A stretch of 64,000 bases of DNA from Flavobacterium sp. (GTDB lineage: Bacteria; Bacteroidota; Bacteroidia; Flavobacteriales; Flavobacteriaceae). Shown here piece after piece: positions 29,203 through 41,300 of this stretch (positions are counted from its first letter, which is position 1; each line of letters opens with the position of its first letter). The translations under genes were made by a program, and so were the position numbers. The stretch is taken from positions 1,459 through 65,458 of the forward strand of contig JANPJB010000007.1 of NCBI GenBank assembly GCA_031425295.1. Direction: 5' to 3'. Below the pieces are notes generated by a model. The model was given only the letters and a program-made list of their open reading frames with translations, was not told where the DNA came from and searched no databases.

Positions 29203-29912
29203 GAATCATCCCAGCTATAGATATCATTGACGGCAAATGTGTTCGGTTAACCAAAGGTGATTATACAACACAAAAAATATACAATGAAAAACCTACGGAA
29301 GTTGCCAAAGAATTTGAAGCGAACGGCATTCAGTATCTGCATTTAGTCGATTTAGATGGGGCAAGATCAAAACATATTGTCAACTACAAGGTGATTGAAG
29401 ACATTGCAAAAAACACCTCTTTAAAAATTGATTTTGGTGGCGGAATTAAAAGCGCCCAAGATATTACCATTGCTTTCGAGAGCGGTGCTTCCCAAATTAC
29501 CGGAGGAAGCATAGCGGTTCAAAACCCGACGATGTTCTTAGCGTGGTTAAAGCAATACGGAAGCGATAAAATCATTTTAGGAGCTGATGCACTTCATCGA
29601 AAAATTGCCACGCACGGGTGGTTAGCAAGTTCCGATAAAGATGTAGTGGAATTTATTGCCCATTTCGAGCAAAAAGGAATTAGCTATGTAGTATGCACTG
29701 ATATCACCAAAGATGGCATGTTGCAAGGAACAGCCAACGAATTATACAGGGAAATTCTACAAAAAACCAAAGTAAGTTTAATCGCGAGTGGAGGCGTTTC
29801 TTCGATTCAAGATTTAATTAAACTTAAAGACATAGGTTGTGACGGCGCTATTGTCGGAAAAGCAATTTATGAAGGAAAAATCACTTTAAAAGAACTAACC
29901 CAATTATGCTAA
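29199..29912 (+). CDS. hisA: ProFAR isomerase
   Basis: [43 protein letters not shown]. Confidence 0.97.
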   Translation: MRIIPAIDIIDGKCVRLTKGDYTTQKIYNEKPTEVAKEFEANGIQYLHLVDLDGARSKHIVNYKVIEDIAKNTSLKIDFGGGIKSAQDITIAFESGASQITGGSIAVQNPTMFLAWLKQYGSDKIILGADALHRKIATHGWLASSDKDVVEFIAHFEQKGISYVVCTDITKDGMLQGTANELYREILQKTKVSLIASGGVSSIQDLIKLKDIGCDGAIVGKAIYEGKITLKELTQLC

Positions 29913-30658
29913 AAAAGAGAATTATTCCCTGTCTTGACATCAAAGATGGAAGAACCGTGAAAGGCGTAAATTTTATTGCGATTCAAGACGCAGGAGATCC
30001 CATAGAGTTAGCCAAACGGTATGTAAGTGAAGGAGCAGATGAGTTGGTTTTTTTAGATATAACTGCCACAATTGAAAAGCGAAAGACCCTAACAGCATTG
30101 GTGCGTCAGATTGCCAAAGAAATCAACATTCCTTTTACGGTTGGTGGTGGAATAAATTCATTAGAAGATGCACAAGCCATAATTAAGGCTGGAGCTGACA
30201 AAGTAACTGTCAATTCATCCGCGGTAAATAACCCTGATTTAATTAAAGAAATAGCGCACGAATTGGGCAGCCAGTGTGTTGTAGTAGCGATTGATACTAA
30301 ATTTGAAAATAATGAATGGACCGTGTTTGTAAACGGTGGAAAAATTTCAACAGGCATCAAAACATTAGCTTGGGCAAAACAAGTAGAACAATTAGGTGCA
30401 GGCGAAATTTTGCTCACATCGATGAACAATGATGGCACAAAAAATGGCTTTGATATTGATCTTGCGATTCAAGTAAGCAATAGTGTAAACATTCCCGTAA
30501 TAATATCGGGCGGCGCGGGAAGCAAAGAGCATTTCAAAGAGGTCTTTCGTAAAACAAACGTAAGTGCCGCATTGGCAGCAAGTATATTTCATTTCGGTGA
30601 AATCGCAATTCCGCAATTAAAACAATTTTTAAAAAAACATAACCTTCCAATAAGATGA
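29906..30658 (+). CDS. hisF: IGP synthase cyclase subunit
   Basis: [44 protein letters not shown]. Confidence 0.97.
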   Translation: MLKKRIIPCLDIKDGRTVKGVNFIAIQDAGDPIELAKRYVSEGADELVFLDITATIEKRKTLTALVRQIAKEINIPFTVGGGINSLEDAQAIIKAGADKVTVNSSAVNNPDLIKEIAHELGSQCVVVAIDTKFENNEWTVFVNGGKISTGIKTLAWAKQVEQLGAGEILLTSMNNDGTKNGFDIDLAIQVSNSVNIPVIISGGAGSKEHFKEVFRKTNVSAALAASIFHFGEIAIPQLKQFLKKHNLPIR

Positions 30659-31275
30659 ATATAGATTTTCAAAAAAACAATGGGTTGATTCCAATAATCA
30701 TTCAAGATAATGCTACAATGCAAGTATTGATGTTAGGCTATATGAATGAAGAAGCTTATGAAAAAACAATGCAAGAGCAAAAAGTAACGTTCTTTAGTCG
30801 CAGTAAAAATCGCTTGTGGACTAAGGGAGAATCATCAGGCAATTATTTAGTGGTCAACGAGATCAAAATTGATTGTGACCAAGATACGATGCTAATAAAA
30901 GTTACACCGCAAGGACCAACTTGCCACACAGGAAGTAACTCCTGTTTTAACGATGATTCAGCCAAAGGATTTTTGTATCAGTTGCAAAACACGATTTCAA
31001 CACGTGTAGATAGTGCTGACGAAAACTCATACACTTACAAACTCTATAAAAAAGGCATTAATAAAGTAGCGCAAAAAGTTGGTGAAGAAGCTGTTGAACT
31101 CATTATTGAATCTAAAGACAGCAACGATGCACTTTTTAAAAACGAAGCTGCTGATTTACTATACCATTTTCTAATATTGCTTAAAATGAAAAATATTAAA
31201 CTGGAAGCAATAGAAGAAGAACTAGCAATTCGTTCCAAAAAGTCCAGCAGGGGCGTTTACAATACGCAGCAATAA
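30655..31275 (+). CDS. hisIE: Bifunctional PR-AMP cyclohydrolase/PR-ATP pyrophosphatase
   Basis: SRSKNRLWTKGESSG, DCDQD, CHTG, KVGEEAVE, EAADLLYH. Confidence 0.96.
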   Translation: MNIDFQKNNGLIPIIIQDNATMQVLMLGYMNEEAYEKTMQEQKVTFFSRSKNRLWTKGESSGNYLVVNEIKIDCDQDTMLIKVTPQGPTCHTGSNSCFNDDSAKGFLYQLQNTISTRVDSADENSYTYKLYKKGINKVAQKVGEEAVELIIESKDSNDALFKNEAADLLYHFLILLKMKNIKLEAIEEELAIRSKKSSRGVYNTQQ

Positions 31276-31372
31276 ATCACATGGCAATATTGACCCCAAT
31301 TTAATAAAAGTGATTTTTGCGACGATGTTAAAATACTTCGATTTTGATGTTATGGTTACGAGCCGAAATGAT

Positions 31373-34024
31373 TTAACTCGCGATTGGTTCATTAGCCAAA
31401 TCAAAAGGCAATACCTGTATTTCACGATCCAATTTAGCCTTGATGATATCGACAACCAATTGATGTTGATCACTCAAAGCGACAATGAAATCGCCGGGCT
31501 GCGCAATATCTAGAGCATACGCTATCGATGCTGCTTCTTCCGCGATAAGGTCATAGGTTACCAAATCGCTAATGGATTTTATTCCTTTTACGATGAGATC
31601 ATTGATTTCATCAATCGTGCGACCCCGTAAACTATGTTCTTGGCGCACAATGATATGATCAAACATCGAGGCAGCAATTCGGGCCAATTCAATCGTATCT
31701 TCATCGCGTCGGTCACCGATACCGGCGATAATGCCTATTTTGCGATTGGCACTCACCTGCGACAAATAATCTTTCATGGCAAGCAACCCGTGCGGATTGT
31801 GGGCATAATCAACGAGAACTTTGTAATCATTAAATTCGAAAAGGTTCATTCTTCCGGGTGTTAGTTCATAACTTGGCACGAAGGATTGCAATGCTTGCTG
31901 GACCTGCATTTGTGTGAAGCCCCAACTGTAAGCGGCAAGTGTAGCCGCCAGTATATTGGCAATCATAAAACGGCAGGTGCCATTTTCGGTCAATGGAATA
32001 TTAGAAACCGAATCAATGATTATCCTATTTTTTCCTTCGATGATTGTAATGTGATTATTTTCAAATACAGCAACATGAACGCCGTTCATAATCTGCCGCT
32101 GAATGACTTCGTTTTGTTCGTCCATTGCAAAAAAGGCAACATTGCAGTCGAGTGTTTCGGCGATAAGCCTGCAGTATTTGTCTTCTGCATTTAAGATTGC
32201 CCAGCCGGTTTCTTTGACACTTCGTGCTACCACCGCTTTGACCCTTGCAAGATCGCGCAAAGTATGGATGTCATTCAACCCTAGGTGGTCTTCGGCAATA
32301 TTGGTGATGATCCCTACATCGCAGTGGTTGAAGCAAAGTCCGCCGCGCAGTAATCCGCCACGAGCCGTTTCCAGTACAGCGAAATCTACGGTCGGGTCTC
32401 GCAATATCAGACTGCCACTGACAGGTCCTGTTGTATCACCATCTTGAATTTTATAATCACCGATATAAATGCCGTCGGTGGTGGTATAGCCGGGATGGTA
32501 ACCCGCAGTTTTTGCTATGTGTGCCAATAGTCGCGTGGTCGTAGTTTTCCCGTTGGTACCCGTGATTGCAAACAATGGAATGCGACTTTCTGAATCTTTC
32601 GGATATAGCATATCAACAACTGCTTTGGCAACATTTCTGGGGGTTCCTTTTGAAGGTTCAAGGTGCATTCTGAAACCGGGAGCGGCATTCACTTCGAGCA
32701 CGACACCACCTGTTTGACGCATAGGCTGACTGATGTTGGAGGCCATAACGTCAATACCGCAGACATCGAGGCCGATGATTTTCGCAATGCGTTCCGCCAT
32801 AAAGATATTTTCCGGATGAATGTCATCGGTCATGCCTTCAGCAGTGCCGCCAGTGCTCAAGTTTGCGGTTGATTTTAAATATAGGATTTCATTTTCAGCC
32901 GGAACACTTTCGATCGTATACTCGTATTTCTGGAGTTGAAAATAAGTATCCTTATCGAACTTAATCTTGGTCATGCTCGCTTCATGCCCTTCGCCCCTAC
33001 CAGGTTGGATATTGACATCTTCGATGAGTTCACGTATACTCGAATTTCCATCCCCGATCACATGTGCCGGTACTCTTTTAGCTGCGGCGACAAAACGCCC
33101 ATCGATGACCAACAGCCTAAAATCAGAGCCTGCAATAAACTGTTCTACCACAGCATAATGACTATATCGTTTTGATTCCTCTAGCGCCAGTTTTGCATTC
33201 TCATAATTTTCTATATTGATTGTAGCACCTTTTCCCTGATTGCCATTGAGTGGTTTGATCACAATTGGAAAACCTATAGATTCTATTATTGCTTTGAGTC
33301 CGAGTTCATCAGAACAGATATCACCTTTCGCTACGGGAATCATAGCCTGTGCCAGCAGCTTTTTGGTGTCATCTTTATCACCAGCAATGTTAACCGCTGT
33401 ATTCGAAGTATTACACGTCATCGTAGCTTGGAACTGCTTTTGGTTGATGCCGTATCCCAATTGTATTTTAGAATTATTGCCGAGCCTTGTCCATGGGATG
33501 CCTCTTTTTTCAGCCTCTTTGACGATCGACAAAGTACTTGGACCGAGACCGAATCGGCGCTTTAGTAATTTCAATTCATCGATGTCTTCTGTGATGTCAT
33601 AGGGTTCACTTTTACTAAGTGCATCGATAATTCTAAAGGCTGCTGTTGCGGCATATAGACCCGCTTGTTCGATTTCGTAAGTAAACACTAAATTATAAAC
33701 GCCTTTCGTATTGGTTTCCCGCGTGCGTCCGTAACCCGCTTCCATTCCGGCGAGCGATTGTATTTCAAGCGCAATGTGCTCCATGACATGCCCCAACCAA
33801 GTTCCGCGTTCCACACGGGAGAAGAAACCGCCTCGTTCACCTTCGGAGCATTCGTGTTCGATCATACTTGGAATCATTGCTTTCAACCTATCGCAAAACC
33901 CATCGATTTTATCAGTAGGCAGCTGGTCCATTTCTTCGAGATCAAGCCTTACTTGAATCAATTTATTTCTGTAATTGCTCCAAACATTTGGTCCACGCAA
34001 CACTTGGGTTTTTAAGATTCTCAT
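31373..34024 (-). CDS. cphA: Cyanophycin synthetase (full-length CphA1: N, ATP-grasp and Mur-ligase domains)
   Basis: GPNVWS, EHEC...GHVMEH, GLGPST, IKPLNGNQGKG, ANLSTGG, EVNAAPG, GTNGKTTT, LETARGG, DYAHN. Confidence 0.95.
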   Translation of the reverse strand: MRILKTQVLRGPNVWSNYRNKLIQVRLDLEEMDQLPTDKIDGFCDRLKAMIPSMIEHECSEGERGGFFSRVERGTWLGHVMEHIALEIQSLAGMEAGYGRTRETNTKGVYNLVFTYEIEQAGLYAATAAFRIIDALSKSEPYDITEDIDELKLLKRRFGLGPSTLSIVKEAEKRGIPWTRLGNNSKIQLGYGINQKQFQATMTCNTSNTAVNIAGDKDDTKKLLAQAMIPVAKGDICSDELGLKAIIESIGFPIVIKPLNGNQGKGATINIENYENAKLALEESKRYSHYAVVEQFIAGSDFRLLVIDGRFVAAAKRVPAHVIGDGNSSIRELIEDVNIQPGRGEGHEASMTKIKFDKDTYFQLQKYEYTIESVPAENEILYLKSTANLSTGGTAEGMTDDIHPENIFMAERIAKIIGLDVCGIDVMASNISQPMRQTGGVVLEVNAAPGFRMHLEPSKGTPRNVAKAVVDMLYPKDSESRIPLFAITGTNGKTTTTRLLAHIAKTAGYHPGYTTTDGIYIGDYKIQDGDTTGPVSGSLILRDPTVDFAVLETARGGLLRGGLCFNHCDVGIITNIAEDHLGLNDIHTLRDLARVKAVVARSVKETGWAILNAEDKYCRLIAETLDCNVAFFAMDEQNEVIQRQIMNGVHVAVFENNHITIIEGKNRIIIDSVSNIPLTENGTCRFMIANILAATLAAYSWGFTQMQVQQALQSFVPSYELTPGRMNLFEFNDYKVLVDYAHNPHGLLAMKDYLSQVSANRKIGIIAGIGDRRDEDTIELARIAASMFDHIIVRQEHSLRGRTIDEINDLIVKGIKSISDLVTYDLIAEEAASIAYALDIAQPGDFIVALSDQHQLVVDIIKAKLDREIQVLPFDLANEPIAS

Positions 34025-34074
34025 GACTTGTTCTTGTTTAAATGGGTTAAAACGACTTCACAATAAAGCGCAAC

Positions 34075-34219
34075 CAAAATTCAATATAAAGCAGTTATGG
34101 AGAATTACATCATTCCTTCAATTTCTTATATTTTAATGCGATAACTACTGCCAATAAAAATTTTACAACTTATACCGCTTAAAATATAAATACAATAAAA
34201 AAAAGTAGGTATAAATTTG
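34075..34219. promoter_or_regulatory. Divergent cphA/cphB promoters with shared upstream motif
   Basis: cphA (-): TGATGTAAT (34112-34104) N21 GAATTTTG (34082-34075); cphB (+): AAATATAAA (34182-34190) N21 TAAATTTG (34212-34219). Confidence 0.5.
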
Positions 34220-34234
34220 AGGAAAACATAGTAC

Positions 34235-35089
34235 ATGAAACTCAAAAGTAAATTTGTCATTATCGGCGGTCCTGCAGACGGAATTGAAAGCAAAAGCGAT
34301 ATTCAAGGTTTTAAGGTTGCTGGAATTCTTGAGCGCATCCTTAGCGAATCAGCTAAAGGAAATGACTCCCGGATCGAGATTATTACAACCGCTTCCTCCG
34401 ACCCTGAAGAAATCGGCAATGAGTATAAGAATGCATTTCATAAACTGAATGCCGCTCATGTTGATGTCCTCAGCATAAAGTCACGAGAGGAATCGGAAAC
34501 CGCCAAAGTCATCAAACGCATCGAACAGGCTGATGTCGTTCTTTTTACGGGCGGCGATCAGATCAGATTGACTTCCATTTTAGGAGGATCTCTATTTTTC
34601 GAAGTCATTAAAGACCGACTTACCAAAGATGCCAATTTCATGTATGTCGGCATTTCGGCAGCCGGGGCCGCTGTATCTGAAAGTATGATATGCGTCGGCG
34701 AAAGCAATACCGCTATCAATAAAGGGAATGTTCAGACTGGTACGGGATTCGGCTTGGTCGAAAACGTGATGTTTGACACCCATTTCATTCACCGCGGAAG
34801 AATTGGTAGGTTGCTGCAAATTGTGGTGACCAATCCTAAAATTCTTGGTGTTGGACTCGAGGAAAATAGCGGCGTAATCATACAACACAATCAAATGGAA
34901 GCCATAGGGTCAGGCATGATCATGATTATTGACGGGCAAGAAATAAAAAATTCTAATTTACTTGAAATAAAATCCGGTGCGCCGCTGTCTATTGAAAACC
35001 TCAAATTGCATGTGATGAGCCGAAGCGATACTTTTAATTTGTCCGATCGTTCCTTACAAATTATTACTCCTGAGGAATGTAGATTATAG
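34235..35089 (+). CDS. cphB: Cyanophycinase (peptidase S51 family), diverged
   Basis: IIGG, IITTAS, FTGGDQ.RL, GISAAG, DTHF..RGRIGRL, GLEEN; next to cphA. Confidence 0.85.
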   Translation: MKLKSKFVIIGGPADGIESKSDIQGFKVAGILERILSESAKGNDSRIEIITTASSDPEEIGNEYKNAFHKLNAAHVDVLSIKSREESETAKVIKRIEQADVVLFTGGDQIRLTSILGGSLFFEVIKDRLTKDANFMYVGISAAGAAVSESMICVGESNTAINKGNVQTGTGFGLVENVMFDTHFIHRGRIGRLLQIVVTNPKILGVGLEENSGVIIQHNQMEAIGSGMIMIIDGQEIKNSNLLEIKSGAPLSIENLKLHVMSRSDTFNLSDRSLQIITPEECRL

Positions 35090-35121
35090 CATCTTCAAAA
35101 CTTTGACCTACAGTATTTAAA

Positions 35122-35150
35122 GCCGATAACTCAAATTATCGGCCTTTTTT
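35122..35150 (+). terminator. Intrinsic terminator after cphB
   Basis: GCCGATAA-ctcaaa-TTATCGGC followed by a T-run. Confidence 0.8.
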
Positions 35151-35369
35151 ATGCACATTAATCTGTCGGGGAATTCAAATGTAGATCTAAATTTTCTGTT
35201 TATTTCAACTTATACTTTTAGGCATATATGTTAATGTTTAAAATTGTATCGTTTTAAAATTAGTTGTATCGATAATAAGTGTATTTTTGTCGATGAAATG
35301 AGTATTTTAATTTTTATTGTAATCATTTTCGCCCAAAATTGTTACTCCCAAATCTAACAATAATCTACT

Positions 35370-38300
35370 ATGAAAAGAAGTATACCTAATATCTTCCATG
35401 CTTGCTATGCACTAATTTTTCTGACTGGCATTTTTACCGGAAATGCGCAATCAACCACAGTTTTCAACGACGACTTTACGACTTCAGCGGGAACATCTTT
35501 CACTACCACTGCAGGAGCAGTTGGAACCAGTATCAAATGGAATATGTCGCGCAGCGGCGCCGACTTTGGTGCCAGAATTACCTCTGGCAGTATGTCACTA
35601 TCGAATGATGCTTCATCAGCTGGTAATGTGAACGGTTGGGCACTGGCTTCAACTAGTACAGCAGCTTTTATAACACCCTACAATACCACTTTAAGTTCCA
35701 ACCCAGGCATGGTGACTTGGACGTTCAATATGCGACAACCACAGGCAAATCCTAGTGGCTTTGCTTCAGGAAATTATGGTGCTGTTTTTATATTAGCCGG
35801 TACCTCAGGAACTACTAATGCAAGCGGAACAGGATATGCAGTGACACTCGGTAACTCAGGAAAAACTGATCCTTTGAAATTGGTAAGCTACTCAGCCGGT
35901 CTTCAAACTACATCGCAAATAGTAGCTTCTAATACTACAGGATTGACTGATTTTGGAAACACTTATTTGAGCGTAAAAGTTACCTACACGCCTAGCACTA
36001 ATACTTGGCAATTGTATGTTAGAAATGACGGCTCAACTTTTATAGATCCGAATAGTGGAAGTTTAACCTCACAAGGAACGGCTGTCAATAGTACTTATAC
36101 TTTTACAGCTTTACCAATAATGGGCGCTTTTTGGAATGCAAGTACAAGAGCTAGCCAAACAGCGCTTTACGACAATGTCAAGGTAACGGTGGCAATGCCA
36201 ACAACAACTTCTATTTCTCCACCATCAAAAGTAGCCGGAACCGGTGCGTTTACGCTTACCGTTAACGGAACTGGTTTTGTAAGTGGTAATAGTGTGGTTA
36301 GATGGAATGGCAGCAACCGAACCACCACTTTTGTTTCTGCTACACAATTGACAGCTTCTATATTGTCAACAGATATTACTTCTTCCGGGACGGCTACTGT
36401 AACCGTAGCGAACGGCGCCGCTGTTTCCAACGGACATACATTTACAATTGACCTCGCAGGTGCACCCAACATAAGTCTCTCTACTAGTGCTTTAAGTACG
36501 ATGACCACGGTAACCGGAACAACTTCTTCTGCACAAACTTATAATGTAAGTGCCAGTAATTTAACAGCAGATGTTGCCGTTACGGCGCCAACCAATTTTG
36601 AAGTGTCCTCAAACGGCACAACTTATTCAGGTTCAATTGCGCTTACCCGAACTGGAAATGTGCTGGTGGGCCAACCGGTTACAGTATATGCCCGTGTCAA
36701 GGCTTCTGCACCATCAGGATTATACACGAATACAATTACTCATACTACTACCAGTGGTGCTACTAAATCTATCGCTGTGTCAGCCACGGTTATTGCCTCG
36801 AAACCAACAACGCAAGCCACAGCAGTTACTTTTACGACAGTAACTTCAACCACTTTTACGGTCAATTGGACTAACGGCAATGGCGCTAATCATTTGGTTT
36901 TAATTAGAAGCGGCGGCGCCGTTAATTCCAATCCGGTAGATGGTGTTATGTATACTGCCATAAACTCTTTTGGAGCCGGTTCAGAAATTGGCACCGGAAA
37001 TTATACAATCTATTCTGGCAACAGCAATACAGTTAACATAACTGGATTACAACCAAACACTGCTTACCATGTTGCCGTTTATGATTATAATGGTTCCGCA
37101 GGTACAGAAAGTTATTTAACTACTAGCCCAGCAACAGGAAATAGAACCACACTTAATGCTCCTGTAGGTTGGCAGATATACAGTACTAATACAACGAATA
37201 CCATTACATTTGACACCACAGTAGATGGGGTTAATGAAGGAACGTATCAAGCTGCAGGATTGTCACCGACTCTAACGAACGGTGAGCTGGATTCTGATGC
37301 TTGGGCTATCACAGGGTTTAGTGATGGTGCGATTGCTTTTGGAGGAACTAGCACCGATGGCTTGGATTATGACCGAGGAACGGCAACAGGAGGCGTTACA
37401 ATAGGAGGTGTGTATGCTTTTGAAACTGCCACTAATAATTTTGCTTTAGGAATACAACCAGCAAACGGCGATTTTGTCCCGGGTTCCGCAACACTTCGGT
37501 TTCAGAATCAAACAGGGACAGCGTTAACATCGTTAAGTATTGGATACAAAGTATACGTTTATAATGATCAGGCAGCGTCGAGTAGTTTTAATTTCAGTCA
37601 TTCGGCAGACAATTCCACTTACACGAGTGTTTCCGGATTAAACGCAACCTCACCAGCAACAGCCGACGCGTCACCCACTTGGAAATCCTATTATCGTGTA
37701 GTCACTTTAACAGGATTGAATGTAGCCAATAACAATTATTATTACTTCAGATGGACCGGAGCAACTGTTTCTGGCAGTACTGATTTTGACGAATTTGGAT
37801 TGGATGATATTGTAATGGTCGCCAATCCGTCAACTAATTATGCCTCTTTTAGCGGAACAGCAGAAAACTTTGCTGTTTTGGGAAATACCACGTTATCGGG
37901 AAGTACAACTGTTTCCACTGATTTGACCATTAATGGCGGTAAAGTTGAGCTCAATGGCAATACATTAATCCTCAATGGAACGGTAACCAACACTACTTCG
38001 GGAGGATTAAAAGGCAGTGCTTCCAGTAACCTAACGATAAGTGGTGCAGTTAACCCGTCTTTGAGTTTTGACCAAAGTACTTTGGGAACCACGAATTTAT
38101 TGAATAATGTTAGCATCAATACCACCGCTTCCAATTCCGTTACCATTTCAAATCCCGTAGTTGTCAATGGAACTTTGACAACCGCTTTGGGACAAACACT
38201 CAACATGGGTACCAATGCCTTAACGGGTACTTTAACGACGATTGCCAATAACGGAACCATTGCTACTCAAAATACGAGTTCATTACCAATACCTTCAGGG

Positions 38301-41300
38301 AAAACCTGGAGCGGAACGGGGACTGTAAATTATAATGCCGCTTCCGCAACGCAAACCATAGTGGTCGGGACATATCAAAATTTAACATCTTCTTCTACAG
38401 GAGGAGCAATTGCAGCTGGAAACTTAACCGTTAACGCAGTCTTGAGTCTGCCAACAGCAAATCCTTCTTCAACTGCAGGAAGTCTTACTATGGGAACGTA
38501 TACGCTTACTATGGGAGGGAATGCTACTAACATAGGAATAGGAGATGTTACCGGCACAGTAACCCGAAACAATATTACAGCAAGTACACTTTACACTTTC
38601 GGACATGCGCACACATCAATTATATTTCCTAATATCGGAACATTACCAACCTCAATGAGTTTGAAAATTGCTATTGGAACAGCGCCGAGCTGGCGAACCG
38701 GAGCCATAAACAGAACCTATGATTTTATTCAAACCGGAGCTACAGGAACTAAGGCGGTTCTCAAAGCCCATTATTTAGATTCTGAATTGAATGGAAATGT
38801 TGAAACAAAATTAGTGGATTGGGCATACATCGTTTCGTCGTCTACTACTTTGGAACAAGGAAGATCTAATTTTAACACTACAGACAATTGGGTAGAACTG
38901 ACCAATGTGAATGTTGGTTTGTATTTCACCGGAACGTTTGGTCAGGTATTATTAACATTGGATGAATCTGCTGCCGGCTCACTTACGTGGAATGGGACTG
39001 TCAGCGATTCTTGGACAACAGCGACCAACTGGACACCCAACGCGACACCATCGGATTTGACCATAGTTTATATTCCGGATGCCGCCACAACGCCTAATGA
39101 TCCTACGCTGAACCCAACCGTTTTGCTTGGGTCATTAAATATTGATGCGGGCGGAATTTTAAATGCACCTGCTAATTCGCAGTTTACCATTAACAATGGC
39201 GCCGGAGCATGGATTAATAATGGAATATACATTCCAGGAACAGGGACAAGTGCCGTTATTTTTACGAGTCCTGATGCAACTATGGCGGGAAGTACTAACT
39301 TTAATAATATAACTATTAATTCCGGAGCCAGCTTGAGACCTTTGACCGATAATATAATGCAGATTGCAGGAGCATTCACTTTGACTGGAAGTTTTGCTTC
39401 AGGAATGCTTGAAAATACAGTGATCTATAGCGGAACAAACCAAACCGTTGTGAATCCGAATACAGGTTTTCAAGCGTATCATAATTTGATTATCAATGGA
39501 ACTGGCGCTATTTTCCCAACGTCTTTGAATATTACCGATGATTTAACGTTGAATCAAGCGGTTGATTTTACTGGTAAAACAATAGTCATGACAGGGATGG
39601 AACCGCAACATATTTTCGGTACGGTCACGCCTGCCTTCAATAATCTAACTATTAATAATACTCTTGGAGGTGTTTCATTGGCAACTAATTCAGCTGTAAA
39701 TGGAACTTTAACCCTAACATCGGGAAATTTAAATATAGCGAATTACAATTTATTGTTAGGAGCAAATGCCGTTTCAGGCAGTTTTTCAGCCACCAATATG
39801 ATTGTGGCGTCTGGTTCAGGAGAGTTGCGAAGAACTTACGTTGGAACTGGTTCTTATACTTTCCCGTTAGGAGATTTAACAGCTGCAGCAGAGTATTCAC
39901 CGATTACAGTAAACATAACTTCAGGCACTTTTTCGAGTGCGTATGTCGGCGTTTCTGTTACTGACGCCATCCATCCTAACAATGCCAGCGCATCGAACAA
40001 TATCAGTCGTTATTGGAATGTAAAAACATCTGGAATAACGGGAGCTGTTGCAACCATAACCGCTTCGTATTCCGCCCAAGATTTGACAGGTGCGGAAAGT
40101 AGTATTGGCGCATCCCAATTAAACGGGGTTTTCAACCAATCGACCAACTCGTGGGTTAAATTTACTGCATTGTCAGGTTCGACTTTAACGGCAACGGGAG
40201 CCTTGCTCACTTCGGGACAGACTTCGGTATTTACAGGCATTAAAGCCGCGGCATTCACAGCAATGATGTACGGACAAGGTGCATTTTGTCAAAACCAATC
40301 TGTAACGCTGACCGGTTTAGGCAGCAATGGAGATCAGCCTTTCACGTATTCGTGGTCCGGCGGATTAGGAACACTAGCTACTGCAACACCGCCAACAGCT
40401 ATCGTTGGAACGGTAAATTATACGCTAACTATGAAAGACGCAAACGGAATCACCGCGACAGACAATGGCAATGTAGTGACCCTTGCGCCATCAAACGGCG
40501 GCAGTATCACCGCAAATCAAACGGTATGCTCCGGAACGATTCCGAACGATTTGATCCTAACTTCGTATACAGGCAATATTTTATTGTGGCAGACCGCTTC
40601 CGATATCGGATTCAGTGCACCGCAAGCTGTAGAAAACACAACGGCTTCGTTTTTAGGAACAGCCATCGGCGCCGTAACTGCAACTACGTATTTCAGGGCT
40701 GTGATTCAAAACGGTTCTTGCAGTGAAATTTATTCGCCAGTTACTGCTATAATAGTAAAATCAACCACGTGGAATGGGAGCGCTTGGAGTAATAGCGCGC
40801 CCGACAGTGTAACCGCTGCGATTATTTCGGGGAATTATACGTCGTCTGGAAACATCAATGCGTGCAGCCTAACGGTCAACAACAACGCGGTGGTGATTAT
40901 CGCTTCAGGGCATAACGTACAATTGAATGATGCGCTGACCGTGACGTCCGGAAGTTTCACCATGGAGAACAACGCAAGTTTACTGCAATCCAAAGATGTC
41001 GCGAATTCCGGAAATATTATCGTTAACAGAAATAGTTCGGCGCTACTGCGCCAAGATTATACGTTATGGTCTTCGCCGGTTTCTGGGCAGAATATGTTGT
41101 CTTTCTCGCCATCAACGCTGCCGAATCGCTTTTATGGTTATAATACAACAACAAACGTATACAATGCACTAACGCCATCGACGACTAATTTTGCGACGGC
41201 GCAGGGCTATCTAATTCGGATGCCGAACAATCATCCGGCAACGCCAACAATCTGGAACGGTCAATTCAACGGCGTTCCAAATAACGGAAATGTTCCCGTA

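Noticed and set aside
31373-34024. CphA2 (truncated, dipeptide-polymerising form)
   Set aside because: The Mur-domain P-loop and full C-terminal region are present, so this is CphA1.
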